Virus record (IMG/VR): IMGVR_UViG_3300024259_000010
Coordinates: 62,001-126,000 of that record
Strand: one strand, 5' to 3'
Length of the DNA stretch: 64,000 nucleotides
Position numbers and translations under genes: made by a program. The notes below the pieces were generated by a model, which saw only the letters and a program-made list of their open reading frames with translations, was not told the origin of the DNA and ran no database searches. Shown here piece by piece: positions 39,167 through 49,161 of this stretch (positions are counted from its first letter, which is position 1; each line of letters starts with the position of its first letter).

Positions 39167-40309
39167 ATGGAGAATAAACATATCGTATATGAGAAGAGAG
39201 AAATGGAGGCTCTTCCAATTGAGAAAGAAGGACTCTATAATGAGTTACTTGTTTCCAATGGAACAAGTAATCCAATATACTTTATTAATCAAGATAACAC
39301 TAGAGCAATTGTTCACCCCGATCAAAATTTAAGAAATGGTAAGGTAACTTTATTTAACCGAGTCGCTGCTGGTACTGAACAGAAAAGATATGTACCAGGG
39401 CAAATGGGTAAAGTAGAAAAACCATTATCTACCAAGATAGCAACAATTGATAGATCGGAAATTGAAAAAGGTTTCTGTTATGTTGAGAAATTTAATATAG
39501 TTTTAGCAAATATGGATATTGGAGAATCTCTTAAACATCCTAAGAATGTTAAAGAATATACAGAAGTTTTAGCTGATGTGAATTCCTCATTATGTGGAAC
39601 TAACTCATTAACTATTACAGTAGCCATTAATGATCCTCTTGGTAGAGTTTCTAAAATGTATGCATGTATAGGTGGTAATGTTTGCGCAGTAGTATGCACC
39701 GCTCAAACAACCAGAGATAGTCTAACTAGAATAATAGTATCTACTTGTAGTAACGGTAGTGTAAAAGAACAAGAAGATACTGACATTGAAGAAATCCATA
39801 AAACGGGTTTCTTTGCTTGTAATAGTTTTGACACTCTTATAACATTGGGATTAGATCCAAATATAGCTCTTAGCGAATACGGTAAGAAGCAAGCTAGGCG
39901 GGAAGCACAGGTATTAGAAGGTTTCAGAGAGAGTATAAATGATGATCATGAAGTAGCTACAAAAGAATTAACTACTAAAGTAAAAGATCTATCTGCAAAA
40001 ATTGATGAAAAAGATATACAGCTTCGTAAAGCAAAAACTGATAAATTAGCATTAGAGGGTGATCTTGAGGTCAAGGAAGGCATCATCAATCGTTATAAAG
40101 CATCTGCAGAATGGGATGCTGTAAAAATTAAAGATAGGATGGCAGAAGGTATAAATAGATCTAAATCGGAAGAGCAATATTATAAGACTCGCCGAGCACA
40201 GGATTCATGGAAAACCGATGTTGTTAAAACTGTCGGAGGTACGATAGCTGTTGTAGCAAGTGCATGTGTGGGAGCAGCTATTAAAGAATATTTAAACAAA
40301 AGAACATAA
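39167..40309 (+). CDS. Coiled-coil protein with C-terminal membrane anchor
   Basis: 380 aa; long coiled coil followed by VGGTIAVVASACVGAAI. Confidence 0.6.
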   Translation: MENKHIVYEKREMEALPIEKEGLYNELLVSNGTSNPIYFINQDNTRAIVHPDQNLRNGKVTLFNRVAAGTEQKRYVPGQMGKVEKPLSTKIATIDRSEIEKGFCYVEKFNIVLANMDIGESLKHPKNVKEYTEVLADVNSSLCGTNSLTITVAINDPLGRVSKMYACIGGNVCAVVCTAQTTRDSLTRIIVSTCSNGSVKEQEDTDIEEIHKTGFFACNSFDTLITLGLDPNIALSEYGKKQARREAQVLEGFRESINDDHEVATKELTTKVKDLSAKIDEKDIQLRKAKTDKLALEGDLEVKEGIINRYKASAEWDAVKIKDRMAEGINRSKSEEQYYKTRRAQDSWKTDVVKTVGGTIAVVASACVGAAIKEYLNKRT

Positions 40310-40323
40310 GGGGTCAATCATCT

Positions 40324-41853
40324 ATGTGGCATACACGTATTAAGCAGGTTACTGACAAGATACCTAGATTCAACGATTACCTATTAAAGGATTTCAGATC
40401 CGATAAGATAGACAACATTCCAGATGTATTAGAAAATCTATTTAGACAGACTATTACAGTTCTTGATAATTACATTGGACCAGATAAGCCTAAATTGAAA
40501 TACATAGGCTATAGAGAACTCACACCAGATGAACGAGTTGCTGGAATAAGAAACCGTGCTGGTTATGCACGTAATTATTCTATTAGAGAATCACTATGTC
40601 GGAATATTGAATTCATATTTGAGTTTCAAAATGAAAAGTATTCTATGTACATCGATGTTCCCTATGTAGATAATTACGCAGTGACTATTGAAGGTGTACC
40701 ATTTTACCCTATCTTTACTATCGTGGAACGCGGTGGTGTATACAGAAGTGATAATCTTGTAGTATTACAAGTGATGCGTGCTAAGTTAAGATTCTGGCGT
40801 GACAATGTTGAGAAATTTGTTACGATAGAGGGAGAGACTTATACCGCATGTAATATTACAGCTAAGTTACATCAAGCGTCACGTGCTAAACAAAAGAAAC
40901 CACCACTGATCTTACATCATCTTTCCAATCATGGATTGATTAGGACATTAGAAATGTTAGGAGTTGAGAAAACAATATCATTAGTACAACAACCCATAGT
41001 CGATAAAGAGTATGGTCATATTCGAGTACGAGATGATATATTTATCAGAGTCCATTTAGCAACTTTTGAAAAGAATGCAAAGCGTGTTGTAGTAAGTCTA
41101 CTTCATATCTTTAACTTCTGGAAGAAGTTTACCTTTGAGCAATTATTTGATACTAAGTATTATGTATTTGCCACGGGTAAGTGGAACTATCCTAACGTAA
41201 CAAACATTCACCTGTTGTATGATAATGCGATGGAATATATCAATATGAATAAAACCATTATTGATCCAGCGTCTAAGAAACAACATAGTTATGTAGGCAT
41301 TGTGTACGATGACCTTGACGGATTAATGACATACATGTTTAACAATATAGATTACCTTATTGTAGAATACAGTCAAAACAGTAACAACCTCTTCACCAAG
41401 AAAATAGCAGTTTCTGATCAGATGCTATCTTCCATGATTAAGAAGTTTAATACAAAGTTACTCGATGAGATTGTTAATACCAAGGTTGGTCTTAGACATG
41501 AAACCATTAAGAAGTTAATGTATCCGCAGTCTTATATTCAATGGGTTAACAAGAGCCCTATGTTTAGAGGACAACCTACTATTCATAATGATAACTTCCT
41601 ATTAAGTATAGGAAAAACAAAATTCAGAACAACCGCTAACACAGAGATGACTAATGATAGAGTTGGAAACAACTTATCATTTGGATTATTGAAAGCTGAT
41701 CCAAGCTTTATTGTAGTAGAATCGATTACTGTTTATCCGAGTAGTAATCCAGTTATTGCAGGGTCAATTAATCCATACTTACAAATCGATGATGGTGGCT
41801 ACATTATACGTCCTGATTGGGTCGACGAGATCGAGGACATTTTTGACAAGTAA
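40324..41853 (+). CDS. Non-virion RNA polymerase beta N-terminal subunit (phiKZ gp123-like)
   Basis: 509 aa; LKYIGYRELTPDE, IDVPYV and GSINPY as recalled for this family; lies in an early operon. Confidence 0.65.
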   Translation: MWHTRIKQVTDKIPRFNDYLLKDFRSDKIDNIPDVLENLFRQTITVLDNYIGPDKPKLKYIGYRELTPDERVAGIRNRAGYARNYSIRESLCRNIEFIFEFQNEKYSMYIDVPYVDNYAVTIEGVPFYPIFTIVERGGVYRSDNLVVLQVMRAKLRFWRDNVEKFVTIEGETYTACNITAKLHQASRAKQKKPPLILHHLSNHGLIRTLEMLGVEKTISLVQQPIVDKEYGHIRVRDDIFIRVHLATFEKNAKRVVVSLLHIFNFWKKFTFEQLFDTKYYVFATGKWNYPNVTNIHLLYDNAMEYINMNKTIIDPASKKQHSYVGIVYDDLDGLMTYMFNNIDYLIVEYSQNSNNLFTKKIAVSDQMLSSMIKKFNTKLLDEIVNTKVGLRHETIKKLMYPQSYIQWVNKSPMFRGQPTIHNDNFLLSIGKTKFRTTANTEMTNDRVGNNLSFGLLKADPSFIVVESITVYPSSNPVIAGSINPYLQIDDGGYIIRPDWVDEIEDIFDK

Positions 41854-41879
41854 CCAGTATTAATAAATAAGGAATATAA

Positions 41880-43382
41880 ATGAACGGATATCAAATCGCT
41901 ATTGAAAGACAACTTCCAAATGTCTTAAGTTATTTAATTCAACAACGACAGATTGATCAACAAGCGGCTAATAATGTATTTGGTGCGAAAGATCAATGGA
42001 TGTCTGGTCTAATTCAGAATATGCCAAGGCATGAAATATCTGAAGTTGACTTACAGAATCTTATTGCAAATTATGTATTGCAGATGATTCAGAACATGAA
42101 CAGACCGCAAAGTACATTTGGCATGGGTATGCAACAACCACAACCTATGGTAGCATCCGGATGGGGACAGCCTCAACAAAATACAAATGTATTCGGACAT
42201 CAAGCCAATGGTGGTATGGGTGGTGGAGGCGGATTCAATGGGTTTAATCAACCAATGACTGCACCAACAGCACCAGTAAGTGATGCTCCTATATTTGGTT
42301 CAAGTAAACCAGTTACAACACCTATGTCTGTACCAACTGAGACGCATGAAAACCATGTTGAACGTGTTGAGCAAAACATCGAACCTGTTGTTACACCAGT
42401 TAGAGAATACAACCCTACGTGGGATCATGATAAAGAAAATGTTATCGTGGAAACTAAGGAAGTTGACAACTTGTCAATTACTAAGTTCTTATTCCCAAGT
42501 GATGAGGTTGAGAAAACATTTAACCTATTGCTAATTGACTATGCACATCCTGTTGCATCTAAGTTAGCATTGCACGACATTGTTTCACTTGGCACAAATA
42601 ACTCACGATACATTGCCAAGATTAATTATAAACGTACAATCGTTGAAGAAGTATCAACAAAAGAAATGACTCCTATCATCAAATACTTGAACGAGTTAAC
42701 TGAGAAAGAGAACGTATCTGCTGTCAATAAAATGAAAGCAGTATATAAGTATCTGAATACGTTACCTCGTGGTATGTTTGTCATCTTTGAGAAGATTCTG
42801 ATTGAGCGGTTTAACCTGTGTCTTAAGACCAAATATTTACAGGTACGTGAAAACATGAACATCAACATTAATATCACATCTCTAGATTCCATTATTGATT
42901 TCTTACCCGAGAAGAATTGTATGGACATCGAAAAGATTATTACTGTTGAAGGATATGCAAACGCATTGGAGTTCGCATTAACATATACATTGGACGTTCT
43001 CAAGACTATCCGTATGAATGCTTCACAAGAAGCTATCGTCGAAGGTCTGAGAATTAGTGGTGATATGAATAACATTGCCGATATTGGTAAACTGTTAAAC
43101 AATCCTACGCAAGAAGATATTGATACGATCCTTGAAACTAAAGCTGTAATGACATTTGATGCTATTACGTTTGTAACAAATATGGATCTTGAAACATCTG
43201 CAAGTATGTGTGATATATTGAATGGTAAAAAGTACTCTATTTATAATAAGTGTACTTCAGCCATCGATAAGGTGTTGACGAAATATGCAACGTCTCCATA
43301 TCCGTATCAGATTCTTGATACGAATGGTAGATCAATTCATTTCTGTTTCACAGCAGACCACACATTTGTGTACTCAGAGTAA
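41880..43382 (+). CDS. Hypothetical protein with Q/G/N/M-rich low-complexity region
   Basis: 500 aa, AAGGA RBS. Confidence 0.65.
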   Translation: MNGYQIAIERQLPNVLSYLIQQRQIDQQAANNVFGAKDQWMSGLIQNMPRHEISEVDLQNLIANYVLQMIQNMNRPQSTFGMGMQQPQPMVASGWGQPQQNTNVFGHQANGGMGGGGGFNGFNQPMTAPTAPVSDAPIFGSSKPVTTPMSVPTETHENHVERVEQNIEPVVTPVREYNPTWDHDKENVIVETKEVDNLSITKFLFPSDEVEKTFNLLLIDYAHPVASKLALHDIVSLGTNNSRYIAKINYKRTIVEEVSTKEMTPIIKYLNELTEKENVSAVNKMKAVYKYLNTLPRGMFVIFEKILIERFNLCLKTKYLQVRENMNININITSLDSIIDFLPEKNCMDIEKIITVEGYANALEFALTYTLDVLKTIRMNASQEAIVEGLRISGDMNNIADIGKLLNNPTQEDIDTILETKAVMTFDAITFVTNMDLETSASMCDILNGKKYSIYNKCTSAIDKVLTKYATSPYPYQILDTNGRSIHFCFTADHTFVYSE

Positions 43383-43390
43383 ACTGAATA

Positions 43391-43436
43391 ATATAGCACT
43401 ACTACCCGCAAGGGTAGTAGTGCTATATATTTTTTT
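43391..43436. terminator. Bidirectional terminator
   Basis: 17-bp perfect stem, GCAA loop, T tail. Confidence 0.8.
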
Positions 43437-43437
43437 A

Positions 43438-44394
43438 TTACGGGGTAGTATTGGTTAATACAGTATCACCTGCAATAACACTAGATCCATTTGTAATCAC
43501 TAATGGTAATCTAACTGTACTACCTGGATTAGAAAGGTCAATAGCTGTCATACAACGATGGATACATAATTGTGTACCAACTGCTTCGGTGTATAGATCA
43601 GATCCAGCATTTACAGCTTGTCCATCAATGTTAAGCACATCGACTACCATGTCTTCACCAGAATAGAACCCTACTTCACTTATGTAAGCATAACGTCTAT
43701 TGTTATCTCTAAGAACAAGAACATACTCTTGAATATCATTAGCAGTAACAATAGCTTCACATTCATAACTAACTTCAATATGATGTGTAATTTCACCATA
43801 GTCAGTAGACTTCTTAAGTTTGGCTTCTAGTTCTTCAGGAGTCAAAGTGTCAGGATTAAAATGATTCGCAGTAACATATACATCTCCCTGTGTAGAATAG
43901 TAATCAGTCTTAAGACCTGTATCCACAGCTACCTTTTGTGTATCTACTCCATCAAACACTGTAATCTTTTTCAGGTAATATGCAGCATATTCTATACCAT
44001 CCACTTCAATTACTTTACGCATACGGAAATCATCAAGTGATGTATCGCCACCTTCTTGGTCAACCCGAACAACACGTAAAGGAATTGCTTTATGTATATC
44101 TAAGTTTTCAGCACTTGGTCTATATGGTGATGTTGGTGATAAGTAATCTAAATCAGTTCCACTAACACCTTCAAGTTCTTCCACATATGCTCCACTAATA
44201 CCAACCCCAAAGTATCTAATCTTCGGGATACCGACAGGTGGAACAATTCCATGCACTTCATATTTTTTATTTATTGTATGGTCTAAGTTAATCAGTGATC
44301 CGGTCTCATTTGACAAATCTTTCTGATTGATCAGCTGTACACGCAATCCAGTTATTGTATTAACTGTATGCATATTGCTATATATGCTCGTCAT
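43438..44394 (-). CDS. Virion baseplate-type protein (phiKZ gp127-like)
   Basis: 318 aa; YFGVG, IPLRVV, FRMRK, YAAYYLKK, ISEVGFYSGED. Confidence 0.6.
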   Translation of the reverse strand: MTSIYSNMHTVNTITGLRVQLINQKDLSNETGSLINLDHTINKKYEVHGIVPPVGIPKIRYFGVGISGAYVEELEGVSGTDLDYLSPTSPYRPSAENLDIHKAIPLRVVRVDQEGGDTSLDDFRMRKVIEVDGIEYAAYYLKKITVFDGVDTQKVAVDTGLKTDYYSTQGDVYVTANHFNPDTLTPEELEAKLKKSTDYGEITHHIEVSYECEAIVTANDIQEYVLVLRDNNRRYAYISEVGFYSGEDMVVDVLNIDGQAVNAGSDLYTEAVGTQLCIHRCMTAIDLSNPGSTVRLPLVITNGSSVIAGDTVLTNTTP

Positions 44395-44406
44395 ATCATT
44401 CTCCTA

Positions 44407-46986
44407 TTATTCATAAATTATTCTACCCCACTTTGAGTTTATTCTAATGTCATTAATATATTTACCAAATGTATCTACCGGATCATGTAACACAGCTTTA
44501 TATAAAACATTATTAGCAACTCCTTCAGTTATTGATATAACTGATATCCGAGATTCATCGTCTACATAAGCGGATGCTCCACTACGATCCTGTTGATATG
44601 TTGGATTAACATATGATGGAGAACAATCAGTTGATCGTATATAATATTTATAATAAATGAATTTTTTTAAGTCACCATTATTATCAATTAACACCATTCT
44701 ATTAATATTATTAGATGCATCTAAAATAGGTGCTGATATACTATTCAGTACATCTATGTTGGATTCTTCAAATATACCATTATAGATATCATAAAGTCCT
44801 TTATTATAAAGGGAAATAAATGAGAAAGAATGTAATTTAACAATCTCATGTATTTCAGTATCACCAGAAATATACTCATCTACCATTTCAATATCATCAT
44901 AATCTCTAAATACAAATAATTTATATCTTCCTAGTTCAGAAGATATGATTTTATTACTATCTATAATGATCAAAGATTTACTCAGTCCACCACTGTGGTC
45001 AACATTTGGTACAGTATCTTGTACTTCAACATTTACAGGACTTCCAGTGAATACATTATCTATTAATCTAATAGATCCATCTATTAACTTTACTACTAAT
45101 CTATCTTTACTAGCACTACTATACATGTCAACAGGAGAATTTGTTAAATCCAAATAACCAGTTGCCAATATTGAATCTGCAGTATATGATACTTTAAGAA
45201 TAGTATTACTACCAGATACGATCATAGCAAACGCTGGTTCATCATATATCTTTGATACTTTAACATATGTTGCTGGTGTAGACGGTGCTGGTAAGCCACT
45301 ATCGTACCCATAGAAAAGAGCATATGTTCTAGCAGAGTATAACGATAGATATTCACCATTCCTACGATATAGATATACCTTTGTTGTAGTAATGACGATT
45401 AATTGATCATCTTCATACGAAACCAGATCTAAAATATCACCTTGTACATCTAAGAAAGATCCTAATCCTAATTCATAAAATCTGCCAATATCATTATTAC
45501 ATACATAATAAGTCCTATCTCCAAGTTGTCTACACATATAGACATTATCTATGAGACCAATATCTATCTCACCAACATTTTCCAATAACATGGAATCATT
45601 GACATTATGTTCAGAATTTTGAAAGACTAATGTTAATTTTTTATTTAGTGTAGGTACGGTATGTGATAAATTTTCTACATGATCTGGGACTGGGAACTCC
45701 TCAGAATCACCCCAGTTATCTGGAGCTTTGCTATATTGTTGTTCACCATAGTAATACATATTTCGAATACCTTGTGTATATATACGTAGTTTTAATGCAG
45801 AAGATACATCATCCAAAGCACCATTATTCATATTTATAATATTCACTTCATATCCGGTTGCTTCTACAATATCTACAGGCGCGCCTGAAAATCCTTCCCA
45901 TCCAACAAATGCAGAGAATTGAGGATGTGGAGCAATTGGCATCTCAGGTGGATAATCAGTAGACATACCAATGTTCATATCTGCAGGAAACTTTACTAAT
46001 TGCCCTCTAGTACCTGGAGCAAAGAAACGTCTTGTATGATCATTGTCTACTATGTAGACATCTGAATATGGTTCACCATACATATATTGAAGTATCTGAA
46101 CATCTGCAGTGTCTGAATCACCTTCTTTGGACACTTCACATCTTTCAAAATAACTAGGCAGTAATTGTGGTATGGTAGTACCATCAGTGTCAATAGTTGA
46201 GAAGTAGTCTGTATTCTGATAGTAATGTTCATGGTTGAACTTTAATAGTCCACCGCTTGCAATACCATCTATCTCAACATCATCCACATCCCACTCATCA
46301 TAATAACAATGTTGTTCCAATACGATCTCAACCACTGGAATATCACCATCGTCAAATTCCATAAGAGGAGAATTAGCTTTACCAAATACATAGTTAGGCG
46401 AATTATCATGTGTGAAGAATAAAGCATTGGATGTAGAGCTACCACTAATCGGTGCCATTTCCAAATGTCTAGTGTGTTTCAATACAGTGATTTTTCTTTC
46501 TGTGTTTAACTCACTCTCATGTGGAGTATTAACAGTTAAGTAATTTGTAGATGCTGAAAGTAAGTTAGCAGTAGGTTTGTCATTATTTGAAACATCTCCT
46601 ACATACATTGTAGTAAAGAATATATTCTGAGAATAATCTACAATTACTTTGGCTGGATCAGTAGTGGTGTTCACAATTTGAGTTGCAGCACCAGATGGAT
46701 ATATAATAACATCATCTGTATTATCTGCATTAAACGTATCACCCTCTAATGTATTACTGGATTGAGCACCAATGAATTTTCTAAGATATGGTTTAGTACT
46801 CCCCTCAGTATATAGCGTGGCGTTCATTGACATATCACACAGACAAAAATCTTTTAATGCACTCAAACCGTATTCTGTAATAAGTGCCATGAATGGTTCT
46901 TGTGTTCCGAAATCAGCAACTTCTCCAACAAGCTTACCTACTCGCACAGAAGCACCTATATTAAACATAGGTATTTGTTTATACAT
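44407..46986 (-). CDS. Putative tail fibre / baseplate appendage protein
   Basis: 859 aa; N-terminal LITEYGL similar to FITESGL of 49162-52494; beta-rich, propeller-like C-terminus; late motif at 47022-47030. Confidence 0.5.
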   Translation of the reverse strand: MYKQIPMFNIGASVRVGKLVGEVADFGTQEPFMALITEYGLSALKDFCLCDMSMNATLYTEGSTKPYLRKFIGAQSSNTLEGDTFNADNTDDVIIYPSGAATQIVNTTTDPAKVIVDYSQNIFFTTMYVGDVSNNDKPTANLLSASTNYLTVNTPHESELNTERKITVLKHTRHLEMAPISGSSTSNALFFTHDNSPNYVFGKANSPLMEFDDGDIPVVEIVLEQHCYYDEWDVDDVEIDGIASGGLLKFNHEHYYQNTDYFSTIDTDGTTIPQLLPSYFERCEVSKEGDSDTADVQILQYMYGEPYSDVYIVDNDHTRRFFAPGTRGQLVKFPADMNIGMSTDYPPEMPIAPHPQFSAFVGWEGFSGAPVDIVEATGYEVNIINMNNGALDDVSSALKLRIYTQGIRNMYYYGEQQYSKAPDNWGDSEEFPVPDHVENLSHTVPTLNKKLTLVFQNSEHNVNDSMLLENVGEIDIGLIDNVYMCRQLGDRTYYVCNNDIGRFYELGLGSFLDVQGDILDLVSYEDDQLIVITTTKVYLYRRNGEYLSLYSARTYALFYGYDSGLPAPSTPATYVKVSKIYDEPAFAMIVSGSNTILKVSYTADSILATGYLDLTNSPVDMYSSASKDRLVVKLIDGSIRLIDNVFTGSPVNVEVQDTVPNVDHSGGLSKSLIIIDSNKIISSELGRYKLFVFRDYDDIEMVDEYISGDTEIHEIVKLHSFSFISLYNKGLYDIYNGIFEESNIDVLNSISAPILDASNNINRMVLIDNNGDLKKFIYYKYYIRSTDCSPSYVNPTYQQDRSGASAYVDDESRISVISITEGVANNVLYKAVLHDPVDTFGKYINDIRINSKWGRIIYE

Positions 46987-47064
46987 AATTCAAATCTCCT
47001 GTTAGTTAATTAAATTCTATACATAAAATGGGGGATATCATTATTTTAGAATAAAGTAATAAGA

Positions 47065-47096
47065 CTAGTATGGTGTCCAATTGGACACCATACTAG
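47065..47096. terminator. 32-bp perfect palindrome (terminator)
   Basis: CTAGTATGGTGTCCAA|TTGGACACCATACTAG. Confidence 0.7.
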
Positions 47097-47112
47097 CTAT
47101 ATTTATATTTGT

Positions 47113-49092
47113 TTATCCTTGAGCACTAATAGTATCTTTATCACCATCAATATATCGCTGGAGATACATATTCTCTCTTTCACAATTGTCAACTAAATCT
47201 TTATCATAAGAATAGTTATATTCAGGTATAGAAAAATCAGTACCACATACTTCATTTAAATATACGAGATTATCAGATGGTTTCCACAATGGAACAAATG
47301 TAATATTTGGTGCATTATATAATAAATATCTACATATACGTGATTGTAATAATTTATTATATGATAGATAGTCTTCACTTATTGATCCACAAAATGTTCT
47401 AAACTGATTTTTTAATCGACCTTCTAATATAGCATTATAAGAAGGAGAATTTATCACATTATGTAGATCTTTCATATGCATTCGTTTATGCAAATGATCA
47501 CTCAAGTACATTTTATTAAATCGGTATATAACAACATCTTCCGGTTTATGTAATAAAATAAAGAATTTGTAATCTTCTATAAATTTAGGCAACCACCTAT
47601 CTCTATAGTAGAATACTCCATTAGTCACATTACGCCCTTCTAATTTTTTTACACGATTCCATAAAGTATCTCTGTTTTTATAACCATCACGATTGAACAT
47701 AATAGTACTAATAACCGCTTTTTCATTTTTATAAATTTGGTACCTTTTACTAACAAGTTCATTTTCAATGGGTTTAATAGTTTCATTAATACCTTTTCCA
47801 GATACATGGTAAAATGTATCCATATGATATATAGATTCATGTTCCATTCGTTCAGCTACAATAGTCATGTCTTTCAATCTACTGACAGCTGATTCTTTAT
47901 CAACTTCTACTGATACCGGTACATATTTTTTAACTTTATCATATACATAATCAACTATATCTTCATATGAATTAGTAGACGATACTACAAGTTTGTCGTA
48001 ATCACATACGAAATAGTTATTTTCTGATGCACCCACGGAACAGGCTCTTCGATTCATACCAGGTTCACGTCTCCTAGAGAAAGCATATAGAACATTGCAT
48101 TGTATCATGTGCTTAAAATCTATACACGTATCTACTGACTTTAATACACGAACAGCTTCATCATCTGAATATGTTAAAGGCGTAGGATCAGATTCATGCT
48201 TTATAGTTCTAACTTTTTTATCTGGTGAAAATAATCCATATAAAACATTAACTAATATATCTCCTCCTGAATCTTTATCACCGGCTTGAATTATCAGCAA
48301 AAAATCTTTCACTTTATAATTCACATTTCCATAATACTTAATATTCTTGATAGTTGATCCCCAGAATCCATGGTCGAACATTGCTCGCCCTTTACCTTCT
48401 TTAGATATTAATGTTTTATTCTCGGTTGGGTTAAAATAACCAGCTAATGCACCATAGCCAGATTGTATAGTAATCAAGTTCTTTGCTTTATATAGATAGT
48501 AGAAATCTCTATCCGGTGATATAGATGATCGTAATGTAACACTATGTCCTAGTTTGGTAAATGCTATGATCAACTTATCCATAGTATCAATATCAGCTTG
48601 TAACCGGTCTTTAGAAAACGATTTTGCCGTGGGGTAATGTAATCCTATAACAATAGTTACTTTTTTTAGATTGATATCACGTAACTTATGTTTTATCAAT
48701 CTCATGTAATTCTTAAAATCATCTTTCACTGTTACTAATTGATCGCTGAGACGTAATGCTATAACAACCTCATCATCTTCAGGTACATCATAATCCTTGC
48801 AATGATCATTTAAAATTTCAACAAATTTTTCTTCAGAATATAATTCTTTATTATCAATACACCAGTTTAAATATTTGTACATGAATGTGTCTTCATGTTT
48901 TTGATCATTGAGAATATTCCATTCAGCGGTATTGTTTCTCTTATACGCATCTGATAGTCTATAAGCTGTTCTATCTGTATTTATAAGACGTATGTCACAT
49001 ATATCTTTAAATCTAGGATGTTCCATATCTAGATATTCAATAACATCACCCACAGATCCACAATCATCTAAATTATAACAAAAATCACTCAT
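47113..49092 (-). CDS. Multidomain glycosyltransferase-like (GT11-type) / degenerate sulfotransferase-like protein
   Basis: 659 aa; IALRLSD (cf. HxRxGD) and PDRDFYYLYKAKNLITIQSGYG; second domain begins IIQAGDKDSGGD (cf. GxxRSGST). Confidence 0.45.
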   Translation of the reverse strand: MSDFCYNLDDCGSVGDVIEYLDMEHPRFKDICDIRLINTDRTAYRLSDAYKRNNTAEWNILNDQKHEDTFMYKYLNWCIDNKELYSEEKFVEILNDHCKDYDVPEDDEVVIALRLSDQLVTVKDDFKNYMRLIKHKLRDINLKKVTIVIGLHYPTAKSFSKDRLQADIDTMDKLIIAFTKLGHSVTLRSSISPDRDFYYLYKAKNLITIQSGYGALAGYFNPTENKTLISKEGKGRAMFDHGFWGSTIKNIKYYGNVNYKVKDFLLIIQAGDKDSGGDILVNVLYGLFSPDKKVRTIKHESDPTPLTYSDDEAVRVLKSVDTCIDFKHMIQCNVLYAFSRRREPGMNRRACSVGASENNYFVCDYDKLVVSSTNSYEDIVDYVYDKVKKYVPVSVEVDKESAVSRLKDMTIVAERMEHESIYHMDTFYHVSGKGINETIKPIENELVSKRYQIYKNEKAVISTIMFNRDGYKNRDTLWNRVKKLEGRNVTNGVFYYRDRWLPKFIEDYKFFILLHKPEDVVIYRFNKMYLSDHLHKRMHMKDLHNVINSPSYNAILEGRLKNQFRTFCGSISEDYLSYNKLLQSRICRYLLYNAPNITFVPLWKPSDNLVYLNEVCGTDFSIPEYNYSYDKDLVDNCERENMYLQRYIDGDKDTISAQG

Positions 49093-49119
49093 AATTACTT
49101 ATTCCTTTTTTAAAGAAAA

Positions 49120-49153
49120 AATACATAGTAGGGTTTTACCCCCACTATGTATT
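49120..49153 (-). terminator. Terminator hairpin
   Basis: AATACATAGT..GGG/CCC..ACTATGTATT with an A run on the left. Confidence 0.6.
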
Positions 49154-49161
49154 GATTTAAC

